Source of the DNA: Paraspadella gotoi
Lineage: Eukaryota > Animalia > Chaetognatha
Assembly (NCBI GenBank): GCA_051294375.1
Contig: CM119264.1
Location: 18,503,354-18,567,353 of the forward strand
Direction: 5' to 3'
DNA length: 64,000 bases
The position numbers and the translations under genes are program-made. Under the pieces are notes generated by a model. The model had not been told where the DNA came from. It did no database searches and saw only the letters and a list, made by a program, of their open reading frames with translations. Positions 32,507 through 49,034 of the stretch are shown here, one piece after another; position 1 is the stretch's first letter, and each line of letters opens with the position of its first letter.

Positions 32507-34954
32507 CTTGATTCCAATCGATGCATCTATCAGAGTTTTTCATCTCGAGTTCCATTTGTCTGATCAACAATCAATCACTCCACGCCCGATGGCTGAGATG
32601 GTGGGGCGGTCGGGCGGCGAGGGTAAAAGCGGGCTTCGGGATGGGGTGCCCCTTTGGGACGCGAAGATTTGGAAAGAAGCGGTGGAGAAACGAAGCAGCG
32701 GCGCAGCGAAACGGTGGCGGCGGCGGCGGCGGCGGCGGCTGCAACAGCGTTTCCCAGTTGTTCTCCTTTTTGCATCAACGGAGATCCGGATTCGATAAAA
32801 TCGACGGGCGGTTTTTCTTCCGGTCGAAAACCGTGATGCACTTTCCCTCCTTTCCTGACCTCCACCGCTGGCTCCAGTCGCTTCTCTTCCTCGTCGCGCC
32901 ATCTCCCACTCCTCACCCTTCAAAACTCTTCAGGCCTTTCCACTCACCGGTCTCCCCTTTTCTTCTGTTATCCTTCTCCCGAATGAATGTTTTAGAAACC
33001 TCTATTGTCGCCGCTAATCTATATCCTTCTTTACACTAAATCTCTCCATTGGACCGTGTTACTATTTGACCTTATTTTCTTTCTTAGGGAAATGTTTTAA
33101 TACATATTTCTCTTCGCCCTGTCTCTTGGTTAATCTCGTCCTGACCAACCATCCAATTTTGAAAGAACTGCAGTGCATTCCAATCTGTCAATTTTCATTC
33201 AATTTCTTTTTGAGTATCGATCGCGATTCTTCAGTTCCCTTCCTCTCTTTTAAGTCAACCCTTTCGCTCTCGTCAAATCCCCTCCCTCCCCTCCCCTCAT
33301 CTTCCCCTTATCCCCGACCCCGCCCCTGCTCTCCCCTCCTTCTCGGCTTCCGTGCCGCGAGCACCGAGGGCCAAAAAATGATGCTCTCTCGCTCCTTTTG
33401 CTTTTTCCAGACGCTGACGGATTTTCCGTTTTAGCGGACGAAAACATTCTTCGGTTTTACTATTTGATTCCTTCCTGTCTTTTTTCTTGTCGTTACGCCA
33501 CGCCACCGCCTGAGGCGAAGCCCACCGACGTGAACGACGACGACGACGACAACGTAGACGACGACGAGCGATGAACGTCGACGAAATCCTGGCCCATGGC
33601 AGAAGAGAGACGCACGTGGCGTTTCTACGAGGCGCAGAGGCGAAAAAATGGTGTTGGCTCCTCCGCCGTATAATGTTTGGAGTTTTAAAAGATGCAGCTG
33701 CCGATTATTGGTGGAAGGCGATCCGGAGCGGCGGATCGACCAATCGGGAAACGGATTTTACTTGCGACGACCAATCGGAGAAGGATCGAAGCTTTCGTCG
33801 TCGCGTCGGAATGCCGCGGTTTAATAAAAGACGAGAAGACGAAGATGAAAGGAGAGAGGCGAGAAAGAGAGGAGAAAGAGGGAGGAAAGAAGAGAGAGAG
33901 AGAGAGAGGGAGGAGAGGAGAAGGGAGAGAGAGATGACGAACTGGGAGAAGAGAGAGAAAGAAGGAGAGAGAGAGAAGACAGAGAGGACTGACGAGAGAG
34001 GGCGAGAGAGAGAGAGGGAGAGGAGAGGAGGAAGAGGAGGAACGGAGGAAGAGGAAGAAGATGAAGAGACGGAGACGGATCGAGCCTTGACAGGGAACGC
34101 AGCGCTCCGAGGCCCATCGCCTTCGCTTCCCCCTTTCCGCAGCTAATCTCAAGATGACAGAGCGGTCGGAGCTCTGTGCTGAAAAAATGCCACCTCCGAG
34201 AGTAGGAGAGAATGGAGAGATAAAAGAATCAAAAAAAGATCGTTTATTATGAGATAGAGAGAAGAAGAGAGAGAGAGAGAGAGAGAGACGAGAGAGGAGA
34301 CGAGAGAGAGAGAGAGAGAGAGATGTGGATCAAAGTAGATGAATTTCGTTTTTAGAATGTATAAAATGTTATTTATTTGTTTTTTTAGTTTAAATAATTA
34401 TAATCTACGTACAATCTTCTATATAGTATTTGATCTCCTCTGGCTTTCGACTGCTTACGCAATTCTCCCCGTCCTCTGACCAAGATTTCCGGCCAAATTG
34501 AGAGAATCCCGCGCGCCGAGGATTCGCATCGCCGCCGTCCTCTGAGATGCCACGACGCGCGTTTTGGTTGGCGTTATGCGAAAATTGAAGACCACAACCT
34601 ATCACTTCATCAGGAAGAGAGAGAGAGAGGAGAAGAGAGGAGAGAGGATAGAGAGAGGAGGAGAGGAGAGAGAGAGAGAAGAGAAGAGAAAGAGAGGAGA
34701 GAGAGACTGCTGAGAGAGGACGGAGACTGCACAAGACTCCTCGGTACGGCACTCAGCGTCGTCGATGGAGAAGAGTTGACGTCATCCTCTCTGTTTNNNN
34801 NNNNNNNNNNNNNNNNNNNNNGTTACAATCCAATCACCAGAACAGACGCTAAATGGTCATGAGCGTCTAAAGTGAAGAAGCGAAGATGGGCGAGACCGAG
34901 AGGAGAGAGAGACGGAGAAGGAGACGAGAGAAGGAAGAGGAGCGAGAGAGGGAG

Positions 34955-34989
<35 letters not shown>

Positions 34990-35097
34990 AGAGGATGGGA
35001 GATGAGAGAGGGGAGGGGAAGGAGTCCCGAAGTGCGGACAGGAACGAATGACTGGGACGAAGAGAGATGGCTGAGAGAAGAGGAGAGAGATGTGAGG

Positions 35098-35134
<37 letters not shown>

Positions 35135-35504
35135 AAAAGCGAATCCGCATTGATTAGCTATGATTAAGAACTTCCATAATCTTCTTTAACTGGTTTCCAC
35201 TATGTAATCAACACGCTTTATTCTCACTTTATCAATTGATGAAAAAATAAATCTATAAATAAAAACTATTCGACAAACATCGACACGCAAACCTCTAATA
35301 CTCGGGGGAGGGGGTGGATTACGACGTATAAACGACGAAGATAAAAACGACGACGCCGACGACGATGACGACGACGCGCGACCCTAAGACTCGCATCGTA
35401 AGAATCTTTCAAAGGATTCGTCTTTCGCGATTTCGTTCCACGCCTTGGACTTGGTTTCATGCTCGCGTTGTTTGCAATTCATTTCTCGGAAACGGCACCG
35501 ACGC

Positions 35505-35535
<31 letters not shown>

Positions 35536-36294
35536 GACGCCGCCGCCGGCGAAGCGGTCGACGACGACGACAACGACGACGATTACTCCTCGAGGATACG
35601 ACGCGCGAGGACTCATGAACCTCCTCGTCGATTAATTCTGCCTCCGAGACGATTTTCTGCCTTCGATTCGTCCTCCTCTCTTTTTTTTCCTCAAACGTTT
35701 GCGGCTTTGGAAATTAGAATACAAAAGAAACAACAACAACAACAACGAAATTCGTGGAAAATCTGCAATGGAATTTCTATACAATACAAGTCGCGGATAT
35801 AAAAGCGTTTAAATGAAACGAAACCGTCGAAGTTTTTGTTTTTATTTTCGCGAACGTATTTGTTTTTCTTTGTTAGATTTATTTCCGCTCTCTCTCTTTC
35901 TGTTCTCTTGCAACCTAGCTCTTTAGCTCGCGAAGCTTTAAATCACTCATTACGACTTAAAATCATCAATGAAACTTTCATGACGTGAGAGAACGAGAGT
36001 GGGTCCGAAAGGAAGGGATGGAGGGAAGTAAGAAGGGAAAGAGAGAAGGAGAGAACAAAAGAGAGGAAGAGTGTGAGAGAGAGAGAGAGAGAGAGGAATG
36101 TGTTGTGCCCGAAAATTATTTTAGACTACCCGATGTAAAGGATGGAGAAATCCCTAGACTTTGAGAGTCATTTAACCGAAAGGGGAAGAAGCCTGAGGCT
36201 CAGGAGAGACGACAGCAGCAGCGGCAGCTTCAGCGGCCTCGTCGGCTGCTGTCTCGAAGCTGCAAAGGCATTGGCACCGTTGCATTTTCCAGAA

Positions 36295-36400
<106 letters not shown>

Positions 36401-36413
36401 TTTGATTGTGTAG

Positions 36414-36454
36414 ACGTTTGCCTCAAGAAAGTCTCGGCCGCGTCGCGACACCAG
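36414..36454 (+). other. Probable 5'UTR exon of CSRNP
   Basis: Long pyrimidine tract, then tgtag|...CCAG|gtatgg. The next acceptor (tttttcctcag|, 36891) lies just upstream of ATG 36924. Confidence 0.4.
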
Positions 36455-36923
36455 GTATGGGCCCGTGGACACGGAGGAGGAGGAGCGGGAGGAGGAGCAA
36501 CGCGGACCTTCTATGAGGAGAGGAAGAGCGCCAGAAATCTCATCAGATGGTGGCTTATTTGGTGCTTTTGCGTGTGTGTTTGGTAACCGATATATAAGAG
36601 AAAGGGACGACCGTGGTGAACAAGGAGGAAAAGAAGGAGAAGGAGAAGAAGAGGAAGAAGAAAGAGAAGGAGAAAAAGAAGAAGAAGAAGGAGAAGAGAT
36701 TGAATATAAAGGCTCTGTCTCCCTTTTTCCGTTTTCTGTGTCTCATTCTTTCGCCCGCGAGCGAATTTCGGATCCGCTTTTCGATTCTGGCGAGAAAAAT
36801 AAAAAAATATCGTCGTCAATTCGATTTCTTGTTTAGATTTTCGAAAAAACCTCATTCTAATCTCTTCTTTTTTTTTCTCGTTTTTCCTCAGACTTGAAAT
36901 GAGCCAATAATTCAAAAGGCAAT

Positions 36924-39900
36924 ATGGAGTCCGATAAGATGGACTCGACCGAAGGACGCCTAGAGATGGGACGACCTCAGACGTCCCCGCATCCGTCTTC
37001 GCTACATCAACCGCAGTTGGAGCGTCGACCGCAATCACAACAACAAAACCAACAACGAAAAGTTCCTCGGGAGGACGAGGAAAAAGTTTTTGTGACAAAA
37101 CGTCGAAGGATGGATTCCGCGTCGGATCTTGACGGAGAAGTTGCGTCCCTGGATTACGAGAAAACGGAATTGACGTCAAGAAATGACGTCGAAGACGAAG
37201 ATTTTTCGAGAGATGACGATCGATGGAAAAACCAACAGGTGATGACGCGGAAGGGGCCGACGTCACGGATTCGGATTACGTAGGCGTGGAAATAAATTCA
37301 GTGACGTCACCAAACTTAGAGTCAAATCCGCACGAGACGCCGCGAGTGGAGTCAAGATCAGAAAACTTGGAAGGGAAATCTGTAAACTCAGGAGCGGAAT
37401 CGAAAAAACTTGGAAGCGGAAACTGAGGATTCGGAAGCGGAAAAAAGAACAGAATTCGTCCGCCCACGCAAACGCAATGGAAACGACAATCGAATCCAAG
37501 TTGACGATCGACGCCGATGTCAACGCTCAGTCCTACGTCAACGCCCACGACGATCACGGCATAGATGACGATGACGACGCGACGAACGATAATGACAAAT
37601 CATTCTGTGATGACATTTCTCGTCAAAACCGTGATAACGACGAGATCAGGACTAATGTAACGACGGGAGAATCGAACGACGACGAAGAGGAAAGCCAAAG
37701 ACATGGAGGGGCGATGTCACCGATGAAGTCAACAGGATTGAACCCGAAGTCGTGCCCGCCGAGTCTTACAAGGTAAACAATCTTTATTTCATTCCCAATT
37801 TCAACGAAATATTTTTGGTTGTAAGCCTCGAAGGAAAGTTTCATAGTTTTTAAAAAAATACAAGTGTGATAACTTTTCCCATAAAATCAATAAGAAAATG
37901 GAACCTTTCTCCCCGACTTCGCAGATCGCGTCGTTGACAAAGCGGAACCCGAGGATGGAATCGAACAATCTGATCCGGAAACCAGCGTGATCCAGAAACC
38001 GCATTTAGGATGTACAAATATGAACGCCGTATCTGAAAAAAGTGGAAACGGCGAAAGTTATGATCACAACGACGGATTCGAAGCAAAAACAGAAGATAAA
38101 ATTGACATCGAAATCGAAAATGTCGGAGGCGACAGCGAAAAACTTGCTCATCAATTGACCCATGACAACGACGATGCCAAAGAAGAAATTAACGACGAAG
38201 TTGACGAAATCAACGACGACGTGAAAGACGAAGTCGACGAGGAAATCAGCGAGCGAGTCAGCGATGAAGTCAAAGAACCATCAACCGGTGAAAACGACGA
38301 TGATCCCGTCAATTCGGCCGCGGACGCTTTCGCTCTCGACGTCGCAGACCGCGCCTCTTACGGCGAGATTTCCAATCCGGAATACATCGATTTCGACGAG
38401 GCCATCCAGAGTCGCGTCCTGAAGGAAGTCTCCGTCACCGAAGGAGCCGCTTCGTCCGAGGAGAATCTCGAAGCTTCGGATCCAGAGGCGCTCGAGAGAG
38501 TCGACGTCGACGAGTCGCTCGACCGCGAGGGGACGCGGAGTATTGAGGCAGACGACGGCGCCGCTATTGGCGTAGCCGTTGACGACGAAGCGGGCACCAA
38601 TGACGCAAGCAAAGACGATGACAACGACGACGACTACGTTGAAAGCGAAGGTGAGATTATTTTCTCTAAAATATTTAACGACATTCCTTGTTTTTCTTTT
38701 CTTTTTATTTTCTTTTTCTTTTCTTTTTCTTTTCTTTTTCTTTTTCTTTTCTTTTTCTTTTCTTTTTCTTTTCTTTTTCTTTTCTTTTTCCTTTTTTTCC
38801 CTTTTTCTTTTCATCGTTTCTCGCCCCTTATCAGGTGTGGAGGAATCCGAAGAGGACAGCGAACCCGAGGAAAATCCCAGCGAAGAGGAAATGGAGGAAG
38901 GAAATCGGGAAGAAGGAGAGGAAGAGGAAGAAATGGAGGAAGGGGAACAGGAAGCCTCTCGGAGGAAGACGAGAAAGGTAGGTCCAATTTTGAATATTAA
39001 TGGAAAAGTTTAGAAGCTTCACATTGCCGTAGTCATTACTCATTAGTCAAACAATCTTCACTTATCTTTATCACTTTCTCAGTTTCAGTTTCCATGCCCT
39101 CGACATCTGAAGATCCGTCCACGTCGGGGGGAATAAAAGAGTCGCGTCCACTGAGGGCGTGCCTCAAGCGGAGGGTGGAATCCCCCGTCGAAGAAGGTCG
39201 GTTGACGCTTCACGAATAGATTATTTATACATTTTTTTTCATTTTTAAATTTTGACATTTGTTTTCGTCATCAGGTTCGACGGCGAAGAAAAAGCGACGC
39301 ATCAACTTTTCCGGCGTCACGGTTTATTATTTTCGTCGAAAACAGGGATTCACGTGCGTCCCGAGTCAGGGTGGATCCACTTTGGGTGAGTAGAGGAGAT
39401 ATCATCACAAGAACCATCACGTCTGATTGCTTGAGAATACGTAGAGTTCTTTAATGGCAAACCAGTGGTTTTATCTTTTCTTATTAATCGACCAGGAATG
39501 TCTAAGCGACACGTTGAGAAGGAGAGCTTCGACGTCCAAGAATACTTGGAGCTTCAGCGATCCATCCACAAGCAAATCTTGTTGGAGCAAAAGATGCAAG
39601 CGAGATTGGCGGCGCAGCAAAGGCGCCAGGAGAAAATGGCGGCCAAGCAGAGACGGGCCATCGTAAATGGACAAAACTGGTGAGTCCGTCGACAACAACA
39701 ACAACAACGAACAACGAACAACGAACAACGAACAACGAACAACGAACAACGAACAAAATCTCTCTGACCAACTATCCCAATCCTTTCAGCGCCGAGAGCG
39801 GAGACTCCGAGTCCGACCTCTCGTCCTCCGACCAATTCTCCGACGACGATTGGGACGACGAGGATCTCGACGTGGACGCCTACTACTTCCTGCAACCGGT

Positions 39901-42900
39901 TCCGGCGCGCCAACGTCGCTACCTCCTCCGCCGGTCCGGCATCCGGAAGATCGATCCAGTCGAGAAGCTCAAATGCCGAGAAATCCGACAGAGTCGAGAA
40001 GTCTGCGGATGCGACTGCAAGGGAGTCTGCAATCCCGAGACTTGCATCTGCGCGCAGAGTAAGTTGGCGGGCGGATGGGTTAGGCGTTTATGAAAAAGAC
40101 TGACTGACTGGATGAATGTAAATATGAAAACTTAAAGAAAACCAAAAAAGTTTAACTTGTTCTTTTTCTTTTAAAGTTCACCATTCTGAAATCATTATCG
40201 AAAGTAATAACAAAATCATTTCATTTTCTATTTAATTTCTATTGGTAGCCATTGTGTTAATCCTTTCGGCTTCGTTGAGTATAGAGATTTAACAAAGTTT
40301 GGAAATGTTTTCGTCAACGATTTTTTATTAATAAAAAATCGTTGACGAAAACATTTCCAAACTTTGTTAAATTAAATATTTAATTTCTATATAATATATA
40401 CATATCATGATCAATTTATTTTAATTATCCCCTATCCCCCAGATCACATAAAATGCCAGGTGGACCGAATGTCGTTCCCCTGCGGCTGCACGAAGGACGG
40501 ATGCGGCAACGTCAACGGTCGCATTGAGTTCAACCCGGTCCGCGTTCGCACCCACTTCATCCACACTCTCATGAGGATGGAGCTGGAGCAGAAGCGGCAG
40601 CACCACGCGGCCCTCGCCGCCGCCAACATGGCCGCCGCCGCCGTTGAGGCCGCTGCCGCCGCTGCCGCCGCTACTTCAGTCTCTCAGCATCAACGGGGCA
40701 TAGGTGGCGTGGGCGCCGGCGCGGGAGGCTACGTGGTCGGTGGAACCGGCGCCGCCCATTCCATGGTGCCGCATCATCAACCGGGGCTGGCCTCCATCAA
40801 CCCTCTGCCGAGAAAGACGGTTACTTTCGCCGACGACGTTGTCGACAAATCCATGGAAAATGTGGTCGGAGGCGGAAGCGGCGCCGCTGCCGCCAACTCG
40901 CTCGTCGACGGCACCGGCCTCTCCTTGTCTTACTCCAACTCGCACCATCCTTTTCCTCACCTCCACCAACAGCAGCAAATGTTGGCAGCGAATCACTCGG
41001 CAGCGGCGTTGAACCACTCTTACGCGAGACTCCACTCTTCGGCAAAACCTTTCATCGAACCGGCCCACCACCATTACAACGCGTTCGCCAATAACGGCGC
41101 CGGCTACCACCACCCGGGTTCCTCGACGCCGCTCATCTATCCGCCGACTCACGCGGCGCGCTTTGACGCCCCGGCAATGAGCCTGATAGGCGCGCCGCCT
41201 GATGTTAGCAGCGCCCACATTGGGTTTTCCGATACGCCCACAAATCTCAGCACGACGCCGCACCATCCCAACGCCGCTGCCTCCTCAATGGTTCCGGGAC
41301 TTTCGGAGTGCGGCGCCGATGGAGCCACGCCCTTCGCCGCGCATTCCATGACGTTCGCCGACTCGGAGGCTTCGGAGCTCAACCTCGCGACGCTCTCTGC
41401 CAACGAGTTGACTTCCTCTTTCGATACGTTCGACAAGAGGATCCTAGATCGAGACGACAATGTCTCCTCCCATCACCTTCATCACCATCACCTTCACCAT
41501 CAACACCACCAGCAACGACAACAGCTTCACCTCCATCATCAACAACAGCAGCTTTCGCATCAACAGCCACCACTTCACCAGCAAGAACACGATCTTCGCC
41601 TCCAACATCACACGCTTCATCGCGATCTCTCTCAAGAGGGGAACGATTCTTTCGCTAACGAAGATCTTCGTCGGGTCGCATCCAGAGGGCGGATCGAAGA
41701 GGAAGACGCGTTCGGTTCGCGGGCGTCGACTTTGGACGCGGGCGGACGATTTGAGGACTCTGAAAACGACGACGTCGTCGTCGGAGTCGCCGACGCGACG
41801 ACGCAGCGCGCCAACGACGACGAGGCGACGGCGACGACCGATGGCGCTCTCGACTACAGATCCGGGGTCAGGATCGACGAGCATCAATCTACCCAAGACC
41901 TAGGGGACGACGGCTTCAGACTCGCGCCCATCGCCGGCCTTTTCGACCGAACAACGCGGGACCCGAGGACGACGACGACGACGACGACCTCGTCGATAGA
42001 ATCTAGTCAAACTCCTTCGACGCCACCGACGACGAACTGCTCGAGCCATCCTGAACAAACTCTTTCCTCGCCATCGTCGATATCTGCCTCCCTCGATTCC
42101 TCTTCAACTTTCTCGTCCAGCGCGGACGCCGCTAACGCGACGATCGACTCCGCTTCGATATCTTCGTCGCCCTCATCCTCGGCCGTGTTCTCCACCACGA
42201 TATCCGCCCGATGTACCGACCAAGCTGCGGCCACCCCGACCGACATGAAAGATCCGACTTCTGATCAACCCGACCCTCGATCGAATCAGTTGGAAGATTT
42301 CGTCGACGAAGATTTCGACGTCGGCGAAGCGAAAGAGGATTTTGGGGGAGAATCGCAGACCGAGGGATTCTCAGAGTCGGCGAAGCTAGAATTTGCCGAG
42401 GAACCCGATGAAGCCGAAAGTCACTCGAAATCTACGCACGAAGCTCAGACCGAAATCCGACGAAGCGCTCAGCCCGACGCCGGGTCGGACTCTCACTCAG
42501 ACGCAATCCACGACGCCGGATCCGAAAACCTGCGACTCAGTTTCGCCGTCGGCTCCTCCGCGACCAACGACGACGGGGACATTGACGAAGACGCCGTCCT
42601 TTTGCCCGACCCCGGATTCCCCGGTTCTCCGAGAATGTCGCCGCCGACGGCCGGCTTGAACGGCGCTTCCAGCGTCGAGTCCGATTCCGGCTTCCGATCG
42701 GCGGACGGAAGCGACACCGACGACTCCGACGTGGGGTCGCCCGATTTGGGCGTCGTCGTTGGAGGCGCGAAGGACGTCGAATCCGGCGACAAGGGAGACG
42801 ACGAAACGGGAGAGATTCGAGTCGCAGACGGCGACGACTTGCAGTCATCGTTTCGCGACAACAAGGGCGACGACGCCGGCGCCGCTTCGGATCCAAGCTG

Positions 42901-43024
42901 CCGAGAAGAGGACGCCGGAAATGGTCGCGTCGCAGGATGCGCGTCAAAAGCGACGTCGACACCGTTGGAGGCTTCGTTCGGCGAGATCATTAAAAAGTCC
43001 ATCGTTGAGGCGGCGTCGGCTTGA
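36924..43024 (+). CDS. CSRNP: Cysteine/serine-rich nuclear protein (CSRNP/Axud1 family transcription factor), multi-exon
   Basis: Exons: ~36924-37772 (acidic, several indel frameshifts), 37925-38650, 38835-38977, 39083-39196, 39275-39385, 39496-39679, 39790-40058, 40443-43024, all GT-AG. The spliced core reads [39 protein letters not shown]...[25 protein letters not shown]...[71 protein letters not shown], the CSRNP_N signature. A long low-complexity C-terminus ends [15 protein letters not shown]. Confidence 0.95.
40287..40372. repeat. Perfect 86-bp palindrome (43-bp arms, no spacer) in last CSRNP intron
   Basis: ATTTAACAAAGTTTGGAAATGTTTTCGTCAACGATTTTTTATT|AATAAAAAATCGTTGACGAAAACATTTCCAAACTTTGTTAAAT. 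Confidence 0.95.
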
Positions 43025-46000
43025 GATGGATTCCCGCGTTGCCAAAGTTCGAGTTTCAGCGTTAGAGGCGCCAACGTTTTCGCTCGAGACAAAAGAGCAA
43101 AGCTCTGATTGATGGCGGAAAGCTAAATCGAACCAGATTTAATTTCCATTTTTGTTAATGTTTATTCATCCATTGTCGGAAATTGCCGATTTAGAAAAAG
43201 GTAATTTGAGGTTTTGAAGATGAATTTCATTCGAGAATCTAGTCATTATATCTTCTATTTTCCTGATCGAGGCATAAAACAGAATTTCCATTGACTGATT
43301 GTTGATTATATTTCATCCTGTTGTTCAACGAATCGCATGGTTCACTACATCCTTATACTCCAAAAAATTACGTTGTTTCTTACAAAGATATTAAAAAGAA
43401 ATATATTGATTCATTGAGATTGTTACACCCTAGGCGTTGAAGATTTACTTCGCTCAAAAAAATGTACATAAATTACTTAGGCTTTTTGAAGTGATTTTGC
43501 AATGAACATTTCGTGTTATTTATATACGTAGAACGGGTTTTTTAGAATCTGAGAAAAAAACTATTCTTACTTTTTCATTTTCTAGATTTCGACCAGAGTT
43601 ATTACAATGAAGTGGTGCATGCTAAAAGATTTACGGGAACGACTAGGATTTTTTTTACAATTTTGATACAAAGTTTAAATTTGTTTTTTCTTAGTAGAGA
43701 TTTTTACGAAATTCAATTTGAACCATATTGTATTTTTCAGTTGCCTTTTTTTCCCAGTATATGCCGAGAAGAGTCGTTTAGATGAACGAGCTCCTTTATT
43801 TTATTACGCTGCATGCTGTAGTTGGTAGGTATTCTTTACTCTAAATAAGTTACGTTTGTTGCCAATATTGTAGAAATTGTGTCAAAATGTTACTTTTTTC
43901 AGACTTAATATTGAAAAGAAGAGAGTATTGTTTATATTTTTATCGCAATCTTGTCGGGTCTAATCACGCCGCAACATATTTCCCCGCCCCCCCCCTGGTT
44001 TGAAATCTACAATCGTAACTTCTTAAAGAGTGCATGCCATAAATTATTATATACATTCTCACGGACAGTTAATAAAATCTTTCGCGCCAAAAAAGCTAAA
44101 ATGAAGAAAAGTAAGCAATAGGACGACTACTAACAAAATCACTTTGGAGGATTAATGACAAAAGGCCCCCAAGTGTTGGTTATCTGATTCCATAATGCAT
44201 CAAATTGTTTTCATCGAAATTGATCTTTGGTAGAAATTTTACTTATTAGGTTTTAAACCTAGACTAACTTTTTGTCAGATAACGTTCACATGGTTTTCTT
44301 CACGAGATATCGATAATTCTTAAAGAGATTCGTTCATGAATGACATTATTTATCATTTAACCATACCCGTGAAAAATATTATTGTCCTTTTCTTCTTAGC
44401 ATATCTCATCCTTTTTTTTTAGTCAAGTGCGTATCGTATGTTACATTGTCTGTCATAAAAGTTGATAATCTATAAAAGAGAGCTTTTATCAAACATTAGT
44501 TGATAGCTAGTCATAAATGTATTAGAATACTGTTCCTAATAGCTCATGATTCTAACGTAAGAAATGAGTGATTAAGTTGAACTGCTGGTTTTAAACTTTT
44601 ATCGAAGATAACCGTGCCAGTTTTAAAAGAGTGGAAAAGCTAACAAATTTAAACTAAATACGTTGGAAGTTCTTTTGGCGATGTAGTGAGTTTCTCGAGG
44701 TCTTGGTCTCGGCGAAACAATTCATCAGCGTTCTGTCCGCTTTTTATTGGTTATGAACAATCTAACTGAAAACGGAAAGGAAGTTCCAGCTCGAAAACTA
44801 AACTGAGCATTTTTTAGAAAAGTACACTTTTCATATATTTTCTTTTAGATCTGAGAATGCTCTTTTCTTTTACATCAGTATGTAAAATTAGTTTAAGAAG
44901 AAGTCGCTTTGTCGCTAGTCATCGAAAATAATCTCGTATTAACAAATGCTATAATAAAGATGTAGTCCTCAACTTTATTTTAGATTTTATGAAATTTTAT
45001 CAAGTTTTTATAAAATTTGGCTCCTTATTATACAAACAGACTTTAGGAATACCAATTGGACTAGATTCATGTCAAGATATTGCCAAATTTTGAATTATTT
45101 TGAATTTGTCAAATAATAATTAAGGAATCACAAGACAATTTTAAAATTGCTCAAGATATATTGCGGATCTTTTTACAGGAATTAAAATTTGACAAGTACG
45201 GTAGAACCCTTTTAAACAAGGTAGTATAATTTTCAATAAAACAAATAAGTACATCTATTAGGCTCAGAGAGGGAAATTATTTTTAGATAAATATTTTCCT
45301 TTTGTTAATCTTGATTTTAAAAAAACAAACTGGAATAATTAAAAGGTTTTGGTGATGCTATTTTGTCTTTACAACCGGTATACCGGTAGTAGTTTATGTT
45401 TGAGCTTGTTTACGGAATAAAAGTTCGTTAGTTAGATCTGACGGATTTTTCAAAAAAGAAAGGTCGTTAAATAGATGGATGTTATTGTTACTAAGCGAGT
45501 GCTACAAGCATTCCGGCACTTTTATCCTTACTGTCTTTGCTGTAATAAAGTAGGCGGGAAAAAGAAAGAAAGAAAGAAAGAAAAAGAAAGATATCAAGAA
45601 AGAAACAAACAAACAGTAATTGGAAAGAATAAAAAAAATTGAAAAAGGCAAAGGAAAGAAAAAAAAATCAAGGTAAGGTCCAAAAGTTTGACCTTCAGGA
45701 AGAAATTCTTCGACGCCTCAACCGGCTGCCTTTCCTCCGTTGCCGGCTCGAAGCCTCCTTTCGGCCGACGCCGCCTCTGCAACCACAAATGCTATCAAAG
45801 AATCAACTGGTGACTAGAGAAACGAACAAAGAGACACTTTCATAAACGTTGTTAGGGTTGCGATGACGTCTATACCTTCTCTCGTCTGCCTCCGTTCATC
45901 TGCGATTCACCAACTCATATTTACGGACTTTTTCATAGACATTTATATTTGGTTGTCTTAGTTTTAAGTTTACATTATAATATGTGTCGTCTCAGAAACC

Positions 46001-46651
46001 GCGATGGCTGATGCGAGCAAAGTACAGTACCCTAGATGCAAACAGAGATCGCTCGAGAAATTGCGTTTCTAATCGGCGGCTGCGGAAAACGAAAAAAGAC
46101 GATTACTGCCAGAGTTTTAGAGAAAAAAAATTAGCACGGATTTTACAGTTTTTTTAAATCTGCTGTTTTAATTGATAATCGACAAGGTCGACATTTGGAT
46201 TGGATTTGAAATTTTTTTATATTGTTTTAAAGATAGAAATTTATGTATCGTTTCTTAATATTCGAAAAATTCATACCGATGTTATCAGCATCGCCTTATT
46301 TAGTCCGAGGTCAATTTCGAGTCCATCTTTTTACCATCCAAGTTGTCATAACGATCACGACTCTCCTCTGTTTTTTTTTTTTGTTTTTTTTGTCTAATTC
46401 ATTTCATCTTTCTCTTCATTTTCTTTCTCGTTTTCGGTGACGAGATTCTCTCTGCAGAATGAGGATCGGTCATCGAGAGACGAGACCTTTTCATCTGAGA
46501 GGGAAAAAAAAGTCGACAAATAGAAAAAAAAATGACTAACTGGAAATATAGCGAAGAAAAAAAAAAGTCGGGAAGGCGAAACCGATGCGACATTTTCTTC
46601 CATTTTCAAAAAAAAAATTAAATAATTAAACAATTTGAAACTACAGAGGCA

Positions 46652-49034
<2,383 letters not shown>

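Noticed and set aside
40676-43112. Overlapping and antisense ORFs inside the last CSRNP exon
   Set aside because: Shadow frames of a GC-rich coding exon.
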